Shown: positions 12,193 to 23,000 of the stretch, in pieces | How positions within the stretch are numbered: position 1 is the first letter of the stretch | Layout of the letters: every line of letters starts with the position of its first letter | Virus record (IMG/VR): IMGVR_UViG_3300005077_000003 | Span: 113,612-177,611 of that record | Length of the DNA stretch: 64,000 bases | Source of the DNA: a virus | Direction: 5' to 3' (one strand) | Program-made: the position numbers and the translations under genes | The notes under the pieces: generated by a model | What the model was told of the DNA's origin: nothing | Databases searched by the model: none | The model's input: only the letters and a program-made list of their open reading frames with translations

Positions 12193-12340
12193 AATATGGA
12201 GTACTTGTAGAGATTTACTAAATCTTAGTGGCGGTGTATATTCAGTAGACATACATCCAAGTGGCTCTTATGCAGTAGTTTCAAATAGCAACACATTCTC
12301 CTACAATAGTGTTGGAGACATAATTTGTATTAACCTATAA
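12155..12340 (+). other. Cryptic open frame with no ATG/GTG/TTG start, encoding a WD40-like VYSVDIHPSGSYAVVS segment
   Basis: The frame is open from 12155 to TAA 12338-12340, which overlaps the next ATG (TAATG). It fills the only large gap in the operon. An out-of-frame ATG lies at 12196. Confidence 0.3.
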
Positions 12341-13914
12341 TGGATATCTTTCAAGCTATAGAAGTATCTCCTCTTTCATCAGAAAGAGTAAGGTATCACT
12401 TATCAAAAATAAGCGAAGCACAATCTCAGTCAGGTGATATTGGAGAAGCTATAGCTGAAGCTATAACGGAGTTCAATAAATTCTTTTTGAATTATGGCAA
12501 ACCATATTTTAAAGTAAATAAGTTTCATAAAAATATAGATACACCAAATTCAAAAAAATATAATGAAACTCTTGAAACATTAAAGGAAGATATTGACAGA
12601 CTATATAACATGGCAGAGGCTGCAGCAAACTCTACAGTCTCTGCCTATAACTATTCTTCTATCACATCAGAAGAAATAAAAAACCTTGCTGCTCAAGCAT
12701 CTAGCAAAGTACTTGATCTTAAAATACTAAATGACTTTGTAAAAGGCACTACTATAGTAGCTGGCGACGACTTTATTGATACGTCTAAAATAGATACGAC
12801 TATACAACCAGAAACTACACAAGCCGAAGTTCTTGAGGGCGCAAGCTCTATTGGACTAAAAGCAGTAGGAGTAGAGCGAGTTAGCAGACCAGACAACACA
12901 TCTATCAGAATAACCCCTATTTCACCAGCATTTAGAATAGAACAATATTACACAACTAACCATTCTCTCTTTGGACATTCCATTGAAAGCCAAAATAGAT
13001 ACGTAAGCGCTGATAGAGTTAATACTGAACCAACCCCAGATAACATAGAGCGGTTTTACGAAGGCCATTTTTATGCACCAGTAGGCGAAATAAGACCAGA
13101 AGGTGGAAGTTTAAACTTTAAATATATTGTTGATCCTGCTGATTTGCCACCAGAAATTGCCACAAGAGTAGTACAAAATAATACAACTGTAAGCGACGAT
13201 GGCGTGGCAGAAGCTCAAGAATATAAGCATGCTGGGTATTATTCAGTAGTAGCAGCCTCTGAAGAAGACAAGCAGGCAATTAGGCTTAGAATGATTGATG
13301 GGAAGCCAGAAACCTTCTGGGAATGTGAATACGTTTGTGCTACGCCATCTCTTATAGATACAGTAAATATTGAAGATGGTATCGTAGATGGATCAAGCGA
13401 TACCGTTGCAAATGTTTCAGAAGAAGTAACTAGCGTTTCTGTAAATGTTAGCGCAGCAGAGGCATTAGCAAAAGCATATGACTTTGCAGGCAGAGATTTA
13501 ATAATTCATATAGATTATGAATTTGATCAAGAAGTGCCAATGAACTTCGTTGTAATCAATCCTGTACAATTTCATACTTCAGCATTTGCTGAAGTTATAG
13601 ATGTCGCCACGTCATCTAATGATAAAGAATTTGAAACAGTCGATGGATTTGATGAACAAATGTTTGATAAGATTCTTACTCCAGAAGCAAATAAGATAGT
13701 CAATAATGAAATTGTTGAAAAGACATTCGCGCCATCTAATTTTGCATATCAAGGACTTGGAGTATTTTCATTCCCTATGAGGATAGGGAATAAACTTAGA
13801 GTAACCATAGCTATGAAAGACCCAGTATTAGTTCCATATGAAAGAATTCATATATTATTGCAAGAAACATTCTTGTTGACTAATACTACAACGGTAAAGA
13901 AATCTCTATTCTAA
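12340..13914 (+). CDS. Virion structural protein, paralogue family member 2, N-terminal part (524 aa)
   Basis: N-terminal NSKKYNETLETLKEDIDRLY motif matches the family; the family C-terminal motif is absent. Confidence 0.55.
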   Translation: MDIFQAIEVSPLSSERVRYHLSKISEAQSQSGDIGEAIAEAITEFNKFFLNYGKPYFKVNKFHKNIDTPNSKKYNETLETLKEDIDRLYNMAEAAANSTVSAYNYSSITSEEIKNLAAQASSKVLDLKILNDFVKGTTIVAGDDFIDTSKIDTTIQPETTQAEVLEGASSIGLKAVGVERVSRPDNTSIRITPISPAFRIEQYYTTNHSLFGHSIESQNRYVSADRVNTEPTPDNIERFYEGHFYAPVGEIRPEGGSLNFKYIVDPADLPPEIATRVVQNNTTVSDDGVAEAQEYKHAGYYSVVAASEEDKQAIRLRMIDGKPETFWECEYVCATPSLIDTVNIEDGIVDGSSDTVANVSEEVTSVSVNVSAAEALAKAYDFAGRDLIIHIDYEFDQEVPMNFVVINPVQFHTSAFAEVIDVATSSNDKEFETVDGFDEQMFDKILTPEANKIVNNEIVEKTFAPSNFAYQGLGVFSFPMRIGNKLRVTIAMKDPVLVPYERIHILLQETFLLTNTTTVKKSLF

Positions 13915-13976
13915 TGGAAGATCTAAATAAATTATCATCTGCTTTAGCGGACTATATCATATATAGTATAAAATAA
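13914..13976 (+). CDS. 20-aa mini-ORF MEDLNKLSSALADYIIYSIK bridging two structural genes
   Basis: Not in the ORF track. ATG 13914 overlaps the upstream TAA, and its own TAA 13974-13976 overlaps the downstream ATG (TAATG at both ends). Confidence 0.45.
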   Translation: MEDLNKLSSALADYIIYSIK

Positions 13977-14776
13977 TGGGCTGGTTTTCAAAATCATCTA
14001 CTACAATTACAAAGACTACTACTGTAGCTAGTACTGTAGTAAAGTTATCATATTTGCAAACGCTTGCTACTTCCCAAAATTTAATAAATGCGTCTGATCT
14101 AGAAACAGAAGCATTTGATGAAGACATAAAAAATGCACAACAAAAAGATTCCTTAATAAAAGCCCACGGCATAATTGGCGGGTTAATAGGTGCTGGATTC
14201 GGCGCTATTGGAGCTATATTAGGATTCTTTGGATTTGGACATACTAAAGTATCAACTAATGAAAACCTGAAATCTTCTGGAGCTAAAGTAAAAGATACTT
14301 GGAACCAGCCATATTTCGACAAAATATCCTACAAGTTGGGTATTAAAGAAATGGCTGTATCAAGGTATACATTTGCAGATACATCAGAATTTACATCTGT
14401 AGCATATGGATCTCCAAAAGAGATTATAAAAATTTCATTAGTTGTTGACGAATATATACCTGCTCAATTTGATTCATCACAAGTATGGTTGAAATACTAT
14501 ATAAAAATAGAGGGAGAAAATAATTGGGTAAGAATTAATCCGCTAAATAAGCCCACTATTTTTGATAGCGAAGGTCTTATAGTTCCAAGAATACTCAATT
14601 ATAATATACCAAAGCCGACTTCAGCACAAATAGAGGACAAATACCAATATACTTCAGATCCAGTAAAACAAGTTAGAATTAGAGTTGTATTATCTAGGCC
14701 GTCAGGCAGCGGGAATGAAGCATCAATAACTCCTCTATTAAAATCATATAGAATAGCAATGCACCCAAGAGAATGA
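13976..14776 (+). CDS. Virion structural protein carrying the family C-terminal domain (266 aa)
   Basis: C-terminus VRIRVVLSR...ITPLLKSY matches the C-termini of 9433-12192 and 14773-17721; hydrophobic Gly-rich GIIGGLIGAGFGAIGAILGFFGFG segment. Confidence 0.55.
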   Translation: MGWFSKSSTTITKTTTVASTVVKLSYLQTLATSQNLINASDLETEAFDEDIKNAQQKDSLIKAHGIIGGLIGAGFGAIGAILGFFGFGHTKVSTNENLKSSGAKVKDTWNQPYFDKISYKLGIKEMAVSRYTFADTSEFTSVAYGSPKEIIKISLVVDEYIPAQFDSSQVWLKYYIKIEGENNWVRINPLNKPTIFDSEGLIVPRILNYNIPKPTSAQIEDKYQYTSDPVKQVRIRVVLSRPSGSGNEASITPLLKSYRIAMHPRE

Positions 14777-17721
14777 TAGGCATATCAAGATACAAAAAAT
14801 TATATGACAAGTATTTTACCCGACTTTTAAAGAGAGGTAAAATACCGACATATGAAGAAGTCACAAATGAAGCAGGAGATAAACTAAATATAGTTAATTC
14901 TCCTGATGAGCCTGTATATAAATATAGGCCACAGGTAAGAAAATCAGTATTTGATGTTGATTACTATAATGAAGCAATAGATGATATATCATTTGATCTC
15001 GATGTTTTATTTGAGGACCTAGAAGAGTCAACAAAAAATAACATGCAAAGAATATTGCATGCTAATATGTTTCATACAGTACATAATGCTGAATTAACTC
15101 GACTATCTAATACTCTTGATGCGCTATTGTTTTCTACAGATGGTGGTGATGAAAACTTTTTTGTGCAGTTTGAAGACTTCTCAAGCTTTAATAAAACTGA
15201 TACAGAATACAGTACAAATGGAATAGTAAACACATCAGAGAAGGTTATAGCACTACCAGTTGGACTCCATGGTTCTTTAAAAATAGATATGTCTCATTTG
15301 CAGAATACACAAACTGCAAGTGATTGGCAGGTATCTCGCTCTGATATAAGAAGCGAAGAACAGCACGCTAATACAAAAATAGGAGATATAGTAAAAGATA
15401 CAGCATTCCCTTGGGGCTATACAATAGTTACAGAAAATGATGGCCCATTAGAAGTATCATTTACATTACGGCTAAAGCACGAAGAATTTATTAACAGGAT
15501 ATCTGTAGTACATTTTGGATATAAGCCAACAACTATAACTATAAAAACTAGTGTAGATAAAAAGAATATTAAAGATATTCAAGACTATGCTGGTGGTGTT
15601 GTACTACAAACACAAGCAAAAACATACGGATTTGATTTTGACGATAGGCTTGTAGATTATTTGCATATCACTTTAAGAAAAGAACAAGCTGATACTACTA
15701 ACGAAGAAGAAGATGGCAGCAAATCATACTCATATGATTTTGGTATTAGAAACATTTCTGTTTATTCCACCGGAAGATTAGAGACAGCAATATATCAATC
15801 AAAAGCCTTTGACTTTTCTGAAGATTTAGCAGCGATAGGCCGCATTGCATTAAACACTACAGAAATTATACCAGAAAATACATCAGTTGATTGGTATATT
15901 GTACCTATATCTAGTGATGGAACTCAAGGTAGTTCTATAGCTATTACTCCACAAAATCATAGTACAAGCGCGGGTCCCCCAAAAACTATAGTATTGCAAG
16001 ATGTATTAGCCAACAGTAAATCATTTACTACATCATATAGTAATATAGCCAACATAGAAAACTATAATAACATAAGCTATTGGAGGATACAACTTTTAAA
16101 TACTAAGCCAGTATTCGGTACTGCTAAATTATATAGAGGTTTTAAGTCTTGGTATAGGGATAGTAGCGCCGCAGTAAATCCTGTTTTGGTTAAAGATAAT
16201 TATATTACTTTCTCAAAAGGCGATACTCAATCTTTATATAATACTATTAGTGAATCACATGATTATGTTATATCAGACTTAAATGGTGATAATGTTGTAA
16301 CTGTTGTCCTAAATAATAGGCCGCTATATAACCCTGCAAAAGGCCATTTTCTTATTCCAGAACCTGGAATAAATACAGATAAAGATACCCAACCTAATTA
16401 CGCAATATATAGTGTTTCTTTAAATACAAGCACCGATTCTGTTACAACTTCATCTTTTACATTTGATGGCGGAACTGCCAATGATGGTAGCCCCAACGTA
16501 AAAGATACTGGTATACGTATAATAAAATATGCCAATCCAGGTGATGTAGTACTAAAGAAATATGATGGATCGTATACATATATAGATGGCACACATTATA
16601 TAGTACAATTAAATGATGATGGTTACCCAACTGGGAAGATAGTTGGGTTACATACTGATTTAACTCAAGAAGGAGAGAGCGGTTGGCAGTCTGTAAAGCT
16701 AACTTATAATAGAGACACAAACCTTACCAGGTTTGTTACAGAAATATCTGGACAGCAAATTTACTTTAATTTAGAAGATGGAGAACTTCCAAGTGATGCA
16801 TCATTAATTATTAAATATAGATATGCTGCACAAGATATTCTTAAAGCTTCTGTAAAAGCAAAGTCTATGTATGGGATATTACTATCTGATCTATATATAC
16901 AAGGAGTAGACTATATATTTGACTCATCTACAGGCACAATACAAAGACTAACAACTGGATCAATAAATCCTGGTGCAGATATATATGTTGACTATAAGTA
17001 TAATGATTTATCTGATCAATTGGAACAGTTCTTTATTTGGGCACATGTAGAAGATAAAAATGGTAAAACAATAAGTACTGCAACTAAAGATACTGGATTC
17101 CTTTCAAAAGAAAGTACTCTTGTACCAAATACAGAACTTGGCGAGCAACTCCTTGCAAATATCCCAGCGGTTGGTCTTATAGATTTATCAAAAACTACTG
17201 AGTGGCCAACTATACAGGGGTGGGTGCAATTTGTTGTAAAGTCTATTACACCTACAGTTGAAAATAATGCATTGATAAATCAGGTAATTAAACTAAAAGA
17301 TAATTCTGGACAATTCATATTTGTACAGAGTGGTAAATATTTTGATACTCTTACCGCTATAAGAGATCCATTAATACAAGTCGCCTATCCTTTTTTAAAG
17401 AATGGCGTACTTAAAAATGATCATACAAAATTCTCTATTAGAGAAGTATTAGGTGGAGATATAACATACGAAGTAATAACAAATTTCCAACCTAATACAG
17501 ACGATATGCTATACAGATATACTCCTAATAGTGTTCCCGGGACAGGAGAAGACGAAATAATAGAAACAGATGAAGAATGGCAAATAAATTGGTCTAGTAC
17601 AGAAGTCAATAATGATTCTATTTCTAGGCTTGCAGTAAAAGCTGTTCTAAATAGAAATAAAAATGTCGATGGCAATATAACTCCAAAAGTAGATAAGTAT
17701 TTTTTAAAGGTAGGGTTTTAA
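14773..17721 (+). CDS. Virion structural protein, paralogue family member 3 (982 aa)
   Basis: ATGA overlap. N-terminal YYNEAIDDISFDLDVLF and C-terminal LAVKAVLNR...ITPKVDKY family motifs. Confidence 0.55.
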   Translation: MIGISRYKKLYDKYFTRLLKRGKIPTYEEVTNEAGDKLNIVNSPDEPVYKYRPQVRKSVFDVDYYNEAIDDISFDLDVLFEDLEESTKNNMQRILHANMFHTVHNAELTRLSNTLDALLFSTDGGDENFFVQFEDFSSFNKTDTEYSTNGIVNTSEKVIALPVGLHGSLKIDMSHLQNTQTASDWQVSRSDIRSEEQHANTKIGDIVKDTAFPWGYTIVTENDGPLEVSFTLRLKHEEFINRISVVHFGYKPTTITIKTSVDKKNIKDIQDYAGGVVLQTQAKTYGFDFDDRLVDYLHITLRKEQADTTNEEEDGSKSYSYDFGIRNISVYSTGRLETAIYQSKAFDFSEDLAAIGRIALNTTEIIPENTSVDWYIVPISSDGTQGSSIAITPQNHSTSAGPPKTIVLQDVLANSKSFTTSYSNIANIENYNNISYWRIQLLNTKPVFGTAKLYRGFKSWYRDSSAAVNPVLVKDNYITFSKGDTQSLYNTISESHDYVISDLNGDNVVTVVLNNRPLYNPAKGHFLIPEPGINTDKDTQPNYAIYSVSLNTSTDSVTTSSFTFDGGTANDGSPNVKDTGIRIIKYANPGDVVLKKYDGSYTYIDGTHYIVQLNDDGYPTGKIVGLHTDLTQEGESGWQSVKLTYNRDTNLTRFVTEISGQQIYFNLEDGELPSDASLIIKYRYAAQDILKASVKAKSMYGILLSDLYIQGVDYIFDSSTGTIQRLTTGSINPGADIYVDYKYNDLSDQLEQFFIWAHVEDKNGKTISTATKDTGFLSKESTLVPNTELGEQLLANIPAVGLIDLSKTTEWPTIQGWVQFVVKSITPTVENNALINQVIKLKDNSGQFIFVQSGKYFDTLTAIRDPLIQVAYPFLKNGVLKNDHTKFSIREVLGGDITYEVITNFQPNTDDMLYRYTPNSVPGTGEDEIIETDEEWQINWSSTEVNNDSISRLAVKAVLNRNKNVDGNITPKVDKYFLKVGF

Positions 17722-18443
17722 TGTTAAATAAGAAAATAATAATCTGGCTAACTACTATGTTGGTATCTATATTTTTAATTGGATGCATAAGCACTGATCC
17801 AAATGAAGACATAGTAATTACACGACCAGAAAACGTTTTACCAGAAGTAATGTCTGGTGATTATACAAATATTCCTCTGGAAGAGCGCCCAGTACAGGTG
17901 GTAAAGCCTGATGAAATCAGTGGCCAACTTGGTAATACTGTAAGAAAAGTAATGCCTGACGCAACTGTTTTGGTATTTACGCAACGTAAATTCCTGAAAG
18001 AGGAATTCAGATCTACTACAGACCTAAGTCAAGCAATTTTCCTTGTAGTAGGACATATGGATCCTGAAACAGGCGAAGTAACTCCTGATACACAAGGTAT
18101 TATAAGTACTCTTACTGGTGTCGTAGGGGCATTCGCCCCTGAATTTGCCCCATTAGTTGGCTTAATTGGGCTGCTTCCCTGGTTTGCTCGTAAGCGCTCC
18201 AGGCAGCATCTGGCTACAGCTGTAAAAGCAGCAGTACCATATGATGGCACTATAAATATAGCCGCATCAGCTTCAGCAATAGCTAAAGCATTTGGCTGGA
18301 GCCATAGCACAGAAAATCCAGAAGAATTAGAGGCTATTGCTAAGCGTAAGCGCGTAGCAGAAGCAGCTAAAAATGGAGGCCTTGACACATTGGCGAAATC
18401 TATTGAGCCAAAGCCTCAATCTGATGTAATACAACCATCATAG
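17721..18443 (+). CDS. Lipoprotein with a second internal hydrophobic segment (240 aa)
   Basis: Basic N-terminus, hydrophobic h-region and lipobox LIG-C at residue 22; later segment IISTLTGVVGAFAPEFAPLVGLIGLLPWF followed by ARKRSR. Confidence 0.6.
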   Translation: MLNKKIIIWLTTMLVSIFLIGCISTDPNEDIVITRPENVLPEVMSGDYTNIPLEERPVQVVKPDEISGQLGNTVRKVMPDATVLVFTQRKFLKEEFRSTTDLSQAIFLVVGHMDPETGEVTPDTQGIISTLTGVVGAFAPEFAPLVGLIGLLPWFARKRSRQHLATAVKAAVPYDGTINIAASASAIAKAFGWSHSTENPEELEAIAKRKRVAEAAKNGGLDTLAKSIEPKPQSDVIQPS

Positions 18444-18454
18444 TGTAATAAAAA

Positions 18455-19786
18455 ATGGAAACTAAAATAGTACAACCACAAGTAACTAGAGACCCCCTAA
18501 GATTTAGGGGTCATAACTCTTCTGAAGAAGCCAACCGGTTTCAAGACGCAGTAGTATATGATGTACATAATCTATCTACTGCAGTAAATACTCTTAACTC
18601 TAAAATAATATCTCTATCTGGTGAACGTGATTCAGAAGTATCTTTCTTAAAGAGGCGCCTAGCTGACCTGGAAGAAAGGTTTGCATATAGGGAACACACA
18701 TTCGGCAAAGCAGGTATTAAGATAGATAAGTATATTGATTTCCATAATACAAAAGGTTTCTATATTTCACCCAGTCTTTCTGCTCTTAAAACCGCCTCGT
18801 TTAAGAGTCAGTTTGGTGAAGTATATTTACCTGCTACTGCAATAGAAAATAAATTTTATAATTTATCTCTTAGGACTACTGAAATAGTATTGCCGCCAGA
18901 CCTCCTGGTAGACACCACAAGCCAATTTGACAAAGGTGAGGGCGATGGTATTCAGGACTACGAAAACGGCGGCATAGCCTCAGAGACAAGCCCTCTGAAT
19001 GCCTTTAATGGGATTAATGAGAAAGCCTGGATCAGACATGTAACTTTCCCATTAGAATCAGACGTAGATCAGGTAGAAGTGCAATTAGATGCAGTAGTCC
19101 CCGCTGGTGCATCAGAGCATGCTAATTTAATTGAGATAGTTCCCTTCCCAGAAGGCTCCTGCGACATTACTTTGTTAGCCACCTCTCCTTCAATTGGCTC
19201 CTCATTTGTATCAGTTGACAACTTTGAAGAAACTAATAATGCTACTGCTACTAGATATCATTTTACTCCAAGGTCTGTAGACCAAATAAGAGTTAGAATG
19301 AGATGTAGAAACTGGCGAGAACTAAATGGCAAAAAGGTATTTATATATGGCCTACAAGAGCTAGGTGCAAAACATATTAATTATGTAAAAGAGTACTCTA
19401 CTGATGATAACTTTGGAGATAACGTTACTCATATAGTTAAAATAGATGCTCCTAGAGATCATATATTTACAAAGCTATTTAGGATAGATCCATATCCAAA
19501 TTTCTTTAATGAAGACCTACAGTATAGACATATTAGACTAAGATTGTCTACTACTCCAGATTATAATAATGTTTTCTGGGATTCAGCTACAAATATAGCT
19601 CCTCAACTAGGAGTTGTTGCTGGCATAACTATGGGTGGCAGCTCAACAATATATGCAATATATACGCTGAAATATGTTGATAGTATTTCTACTGGTGCTA
19701 TTCAAGTATTTTCGACAGGCACTACATCTTATCAAAAAGGTTTGGGATTAGTATTTAGTGCTACTCCAACAAATGCTAATAGGTAA
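18455..19786 (+). CDS. Virion structural protein, distant paralogue (443 aa)
   Basis: N-terminal NSSEEANRFQDAVVYDVHNL resembles the family motif; coiled-coil-like N-terminus followed by a beta-rich region. Confidence 0.5.
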   Translation: METKIVQPQVTRDPLRFRGHNSSEEANRFQDAVVYDVHNLSTAVNTLNSKIISLSGERDSEVSFLKRRLADLEERFAYREHTFGKAGIKIDKYIDFHNTKGFYISPSLSALKTASFKSQFGEVYLPATAIENKFYNLSLRTTEIVLPPDLLVDTTSQFDKGEGDGIQDYENGGIASETSPLNAFNGINEKAWIRHVTFPLESDVDQVEVQLDAVVPAGASEHANLIEIVPFPEGSCDITLLATSPSIGSSFVSVDNFEETNNATATRYHFTPRSVDQIRVRMRCRNWRELNGKKVFIYGLQELGAKHINYVKEYSTDDNFGDNVTHIVKIDAPRDHIFTKLFRIDPYPNFFNEDLQYRHIRLRLSTTPDYNNVFWDSATNIAPQLGVVAGITMGGSSTIYAIYTLKYVDSISTGAIQVFSTGTTSYQKGLGLVFSATPTNANR

Positions 19787-19791
19787 CTAAA

Positions 19792-20073
19792 ATGACTGAC
19801 TTATCAGGAAGAGTTGATGCATTAGAGTCTGGACTAACTTCTTTAGAAGGTCAAATACTTGCATTACCAACGAATAGTGATATATCAAATTTTACACAGC
19901 TAATATCTGGTAAATTAAATACAATAGAAACTAGTTTAAATAATCATGGCGATGTTATTACACAATTAATACAAAGCTTTGCTAATTTAAAAAATACAAT
20001 TCTTGGTATTGATACTGCTTTTGCTGCACATACCGGCACTACTACCGGCGAAGGCGTACACGGACATCAATGA
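19792..20073 (+). CDS. Small coiled-coil protein, possibly fibre-associated (93 aa)
   Basis: Heptad-like LxxRVxxLExxLxxLE pattern; His-rich C-terminus; ATGA overlap with the fibre gene. Confidence 0.5.
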   Translation: MTDLSGRVDALESGLTSLEGQILALPTNSDISNFTQLISGKLNTIETSLNNHGDVITQLIQSFANLKNTILGIDTAFAAHTGTTTGEGVHGHQ

Positions 20074-23000
20074 GAATAAATGCGCAAACATTTAAGATAC
20101 ATTCTGGTGGATCAGGTGTAAAGGAAGTAGAAAAGTTTATAGCTAATCGAATTGGCAGAGATCTTAGTTTAATACATAGCATCTCTGCTATTTCTATAAA
20201 TGCGACTACTACAGAATTAACTTTAAATTATTACGACTCACCAGAAATATCAGTACAAACAACAAACCCCCCTAATGGGTTTGTTGCTAGTACAGGTACG
20301 CCATTAGATGTAATATTTGCACAATATTCTTCGCCACTTAATGAAAACTCTATTAGTGGTGGCATTACATTAAATGGGTCAGAAACTACTGGTTGGTATA
20401 TAGAAGAAAATACTAATAATTATATATTAGCCATACAGATTAATACTGGATCACAAGACGAAGTTGCAGTAATAGTTGTATTAGATGATTCCATAGAAGA
20501 TTATAGGGGCAACCAACAAAACGGTAGTACAGTGCTAGGGTATACCACTAGCACTAGAGCAATAGTCACTGAAGGCTATGAGGATGTATATTCTGCTAAA
20601 GATATAAGGGGAACCGTAAAACTTAAATATGCTAGGATAGATGCGTCCGCTTCTCCTACCAGAAAAATAAAAGAAATATTAAATAAATCAGATGAACTAC
20701 TAGCATATGCTTCAGTATCAAAAAATATTACTACTACCGAGCTGTTTATGCTAATAGTAGATGAAGCGGAGCCAGTAGTTAAAAGTATGTTCCCTCGTCA
20801 AGGAGCCAACAACCCTACCGACGTTTCTTTTGGCTCGCTTGTTTTGTCGTTTGCGAATCCTATTGATATAGTACAAGCTACTACCGTATTAGGAACATTT
20901 GGTGTATATCAATCATATGGAGTTACACAAGATGTTCCACTAAATAGAATTAGCGCAATTGATGAGAGAACTATTAAGTTTGATACATCTGGTATATGGT
21001 CTGATTTATCTTTAACTACAGCATATGTAAATATATTTGTAAGACCAGGCCTTAGAAGTGCTAAGGGATTAGAGTCTACAAAAGGGTATGTATTTGGTCA
21101 CGAGATAAGTGAAATAGCTTTCGGAGGCGTTGGTGCACAAGGTCCTCCAGGTCCTCCAGGACCTACAGGAGCACAAGGAGAATCAGGAGCACCAGGAGAA
21201 CAAGGACCCACTGGTGAGCCAGGTCCTACTGGTGCTACAGGTGACCCGGGTCCTCAAGGGGATCCTGGTCCTCCAGGAGAAGACGGTGAAGATGGAGCTC
21301 CAGGCCAAGGATTTATATGGTCTGGAGAATGGACCTCGACAAATACGTATCAACCATATGATGTAGTATATTATTCTGGTAATGGTGACACATATGTTTG
21401 CGTTCAGACTGACCTAGGACATCCTCCAGAAACAACCAGTAGTTGGGAGTTAATGGTTAGAGCCTATGATGGCACTGGTACTGGAGGTGGAGGTGGACCT
21501 ATAGCTCACTCTGATCTAATAGATATGCCCTCTTCCCTTAATGATGATCATGATGGGAGATATAGCTTAACAGGCCACAACCATGACGGTATCTATGTCA
21601 CTACCGGTGCTTTCTATACACTATCAGGTGAAGTAACCAATATATCAAATGATTTAACTACACTAGAATCAGCATTTGATACTCACTCTGGAGATGATAC
21701 TATCCACTTTACTATGGGCGAAATATTAATTTCCCATAGTGATCTTACTGATTTAGATGCTGACGACCACACACATTACTATAATCAAACCAGAGGAGAT
21801 GCTCGCTATGCCTTATCCGGTCATAATCACGACAGCTCTTACCCTACTATAGGTAGCTTTAGCTATCTATCGGGACAAGTTGGGACACTTTCCACTGATT
21901 TAGAAATACTATCAGGTGACTTAGATACACATACATCGGACTCCACAATTCACTATACTGTAGACAGTATAGTGCATAGTGATTTAGCAGAATTAGATGG
22001 CGATGACCATACACAATATTATAACCAAACCAGGGGAGACGCGCGCTATGCTTTGTCGGGGCATAACCATGATAGTTCCTACCCAACAATAGGCGCATTT
22101 ACTTCTTTATCAGGTACAGTAGCCACTTTAGTAACCGACTTAGCTACTACTTCCGGCGACCTTTCCGCCCACACTTCTGATAATACCATTCACTTTACTG
22201 AAGACTCTATTTCTCATAGTGCTATAGATGACTTAACCTCTGATGACCACCTTCAGTACTTTACCACAGGTAGAGCAGACACAAGATATTCACAAACCGG
22301 CCATACTCATACACAGTTTGATGATATTAGACCAGATGCTTTTGCATTATCTGGCGGCAACTGGTCGGCAGTTCCAACCTATGTACTAGGCGATGTAGTA
22401 TTTCATAGTGGAATATCTTATGTAGCTAGACAGTCCAGCACTGCCAAAACTCCCGCGCCTATTTCAGCATATTGGTACCAATTAGGTACATTAACAACAT
22501 ATACTGGATTTAGCGGCGCCAGTACGTCAATAGATATTACTGCCGTACACTATCAAGGCCCATGGAGTGATGTAGAATATTACTATGAAAATGATCTAGT
22601 AACATATAGCGGATTAGCCTATATAAATATACAAGAGATTATATCTAATCCACCAACTGATACAGATTATTGGGCTAATATAGGCGTACTTACTGGATAC
22701 CTAGATGACTATCTTACTGGTGGAGCAGGTACATACGTAGCCCTTTCCGGCGCATTTTCTGGAGCTTCTATAGACAACATAGCCACGTTTGCTACTGCTG
22801 ATGGTCTACAAATAAAAGATTCTGGTGTAGACATAACTAAGGTGGCCCGCTTACAAGAGCATAATACATATACTGCCCCCAATACATTCCAGGGAGATGC
22901 TGGCTTTGAATCTGATGCTTATTTTAATGAGCAAGCAGTCTTTAGTAAAGGCATAAAAACTCCTAGTGTTTTATTAATCCCTAGCGGCCAATCATTTAGG

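Noticed and set aside
13909-13990. T4 gene 60-style ribosomal bypass (TTC take-off before TAA, TTT landing at 13985)
   Set aside because: No stop-codon hairpin is evident, the codons are not identical, and a doubly coupled mini-ORF explains the spacer more simply.
21132-21311. Eukaryotic or giant-virus origin suggested by collagen, WD40-like and glycan genes
   Set aside because: A sigma-70 factor, DnaG/DnaB fusion, lipobox protein, CCA-encoding bacterial-type tRNAs, rho-independent terminators and overlapping operons all indicate a bacteriophage.
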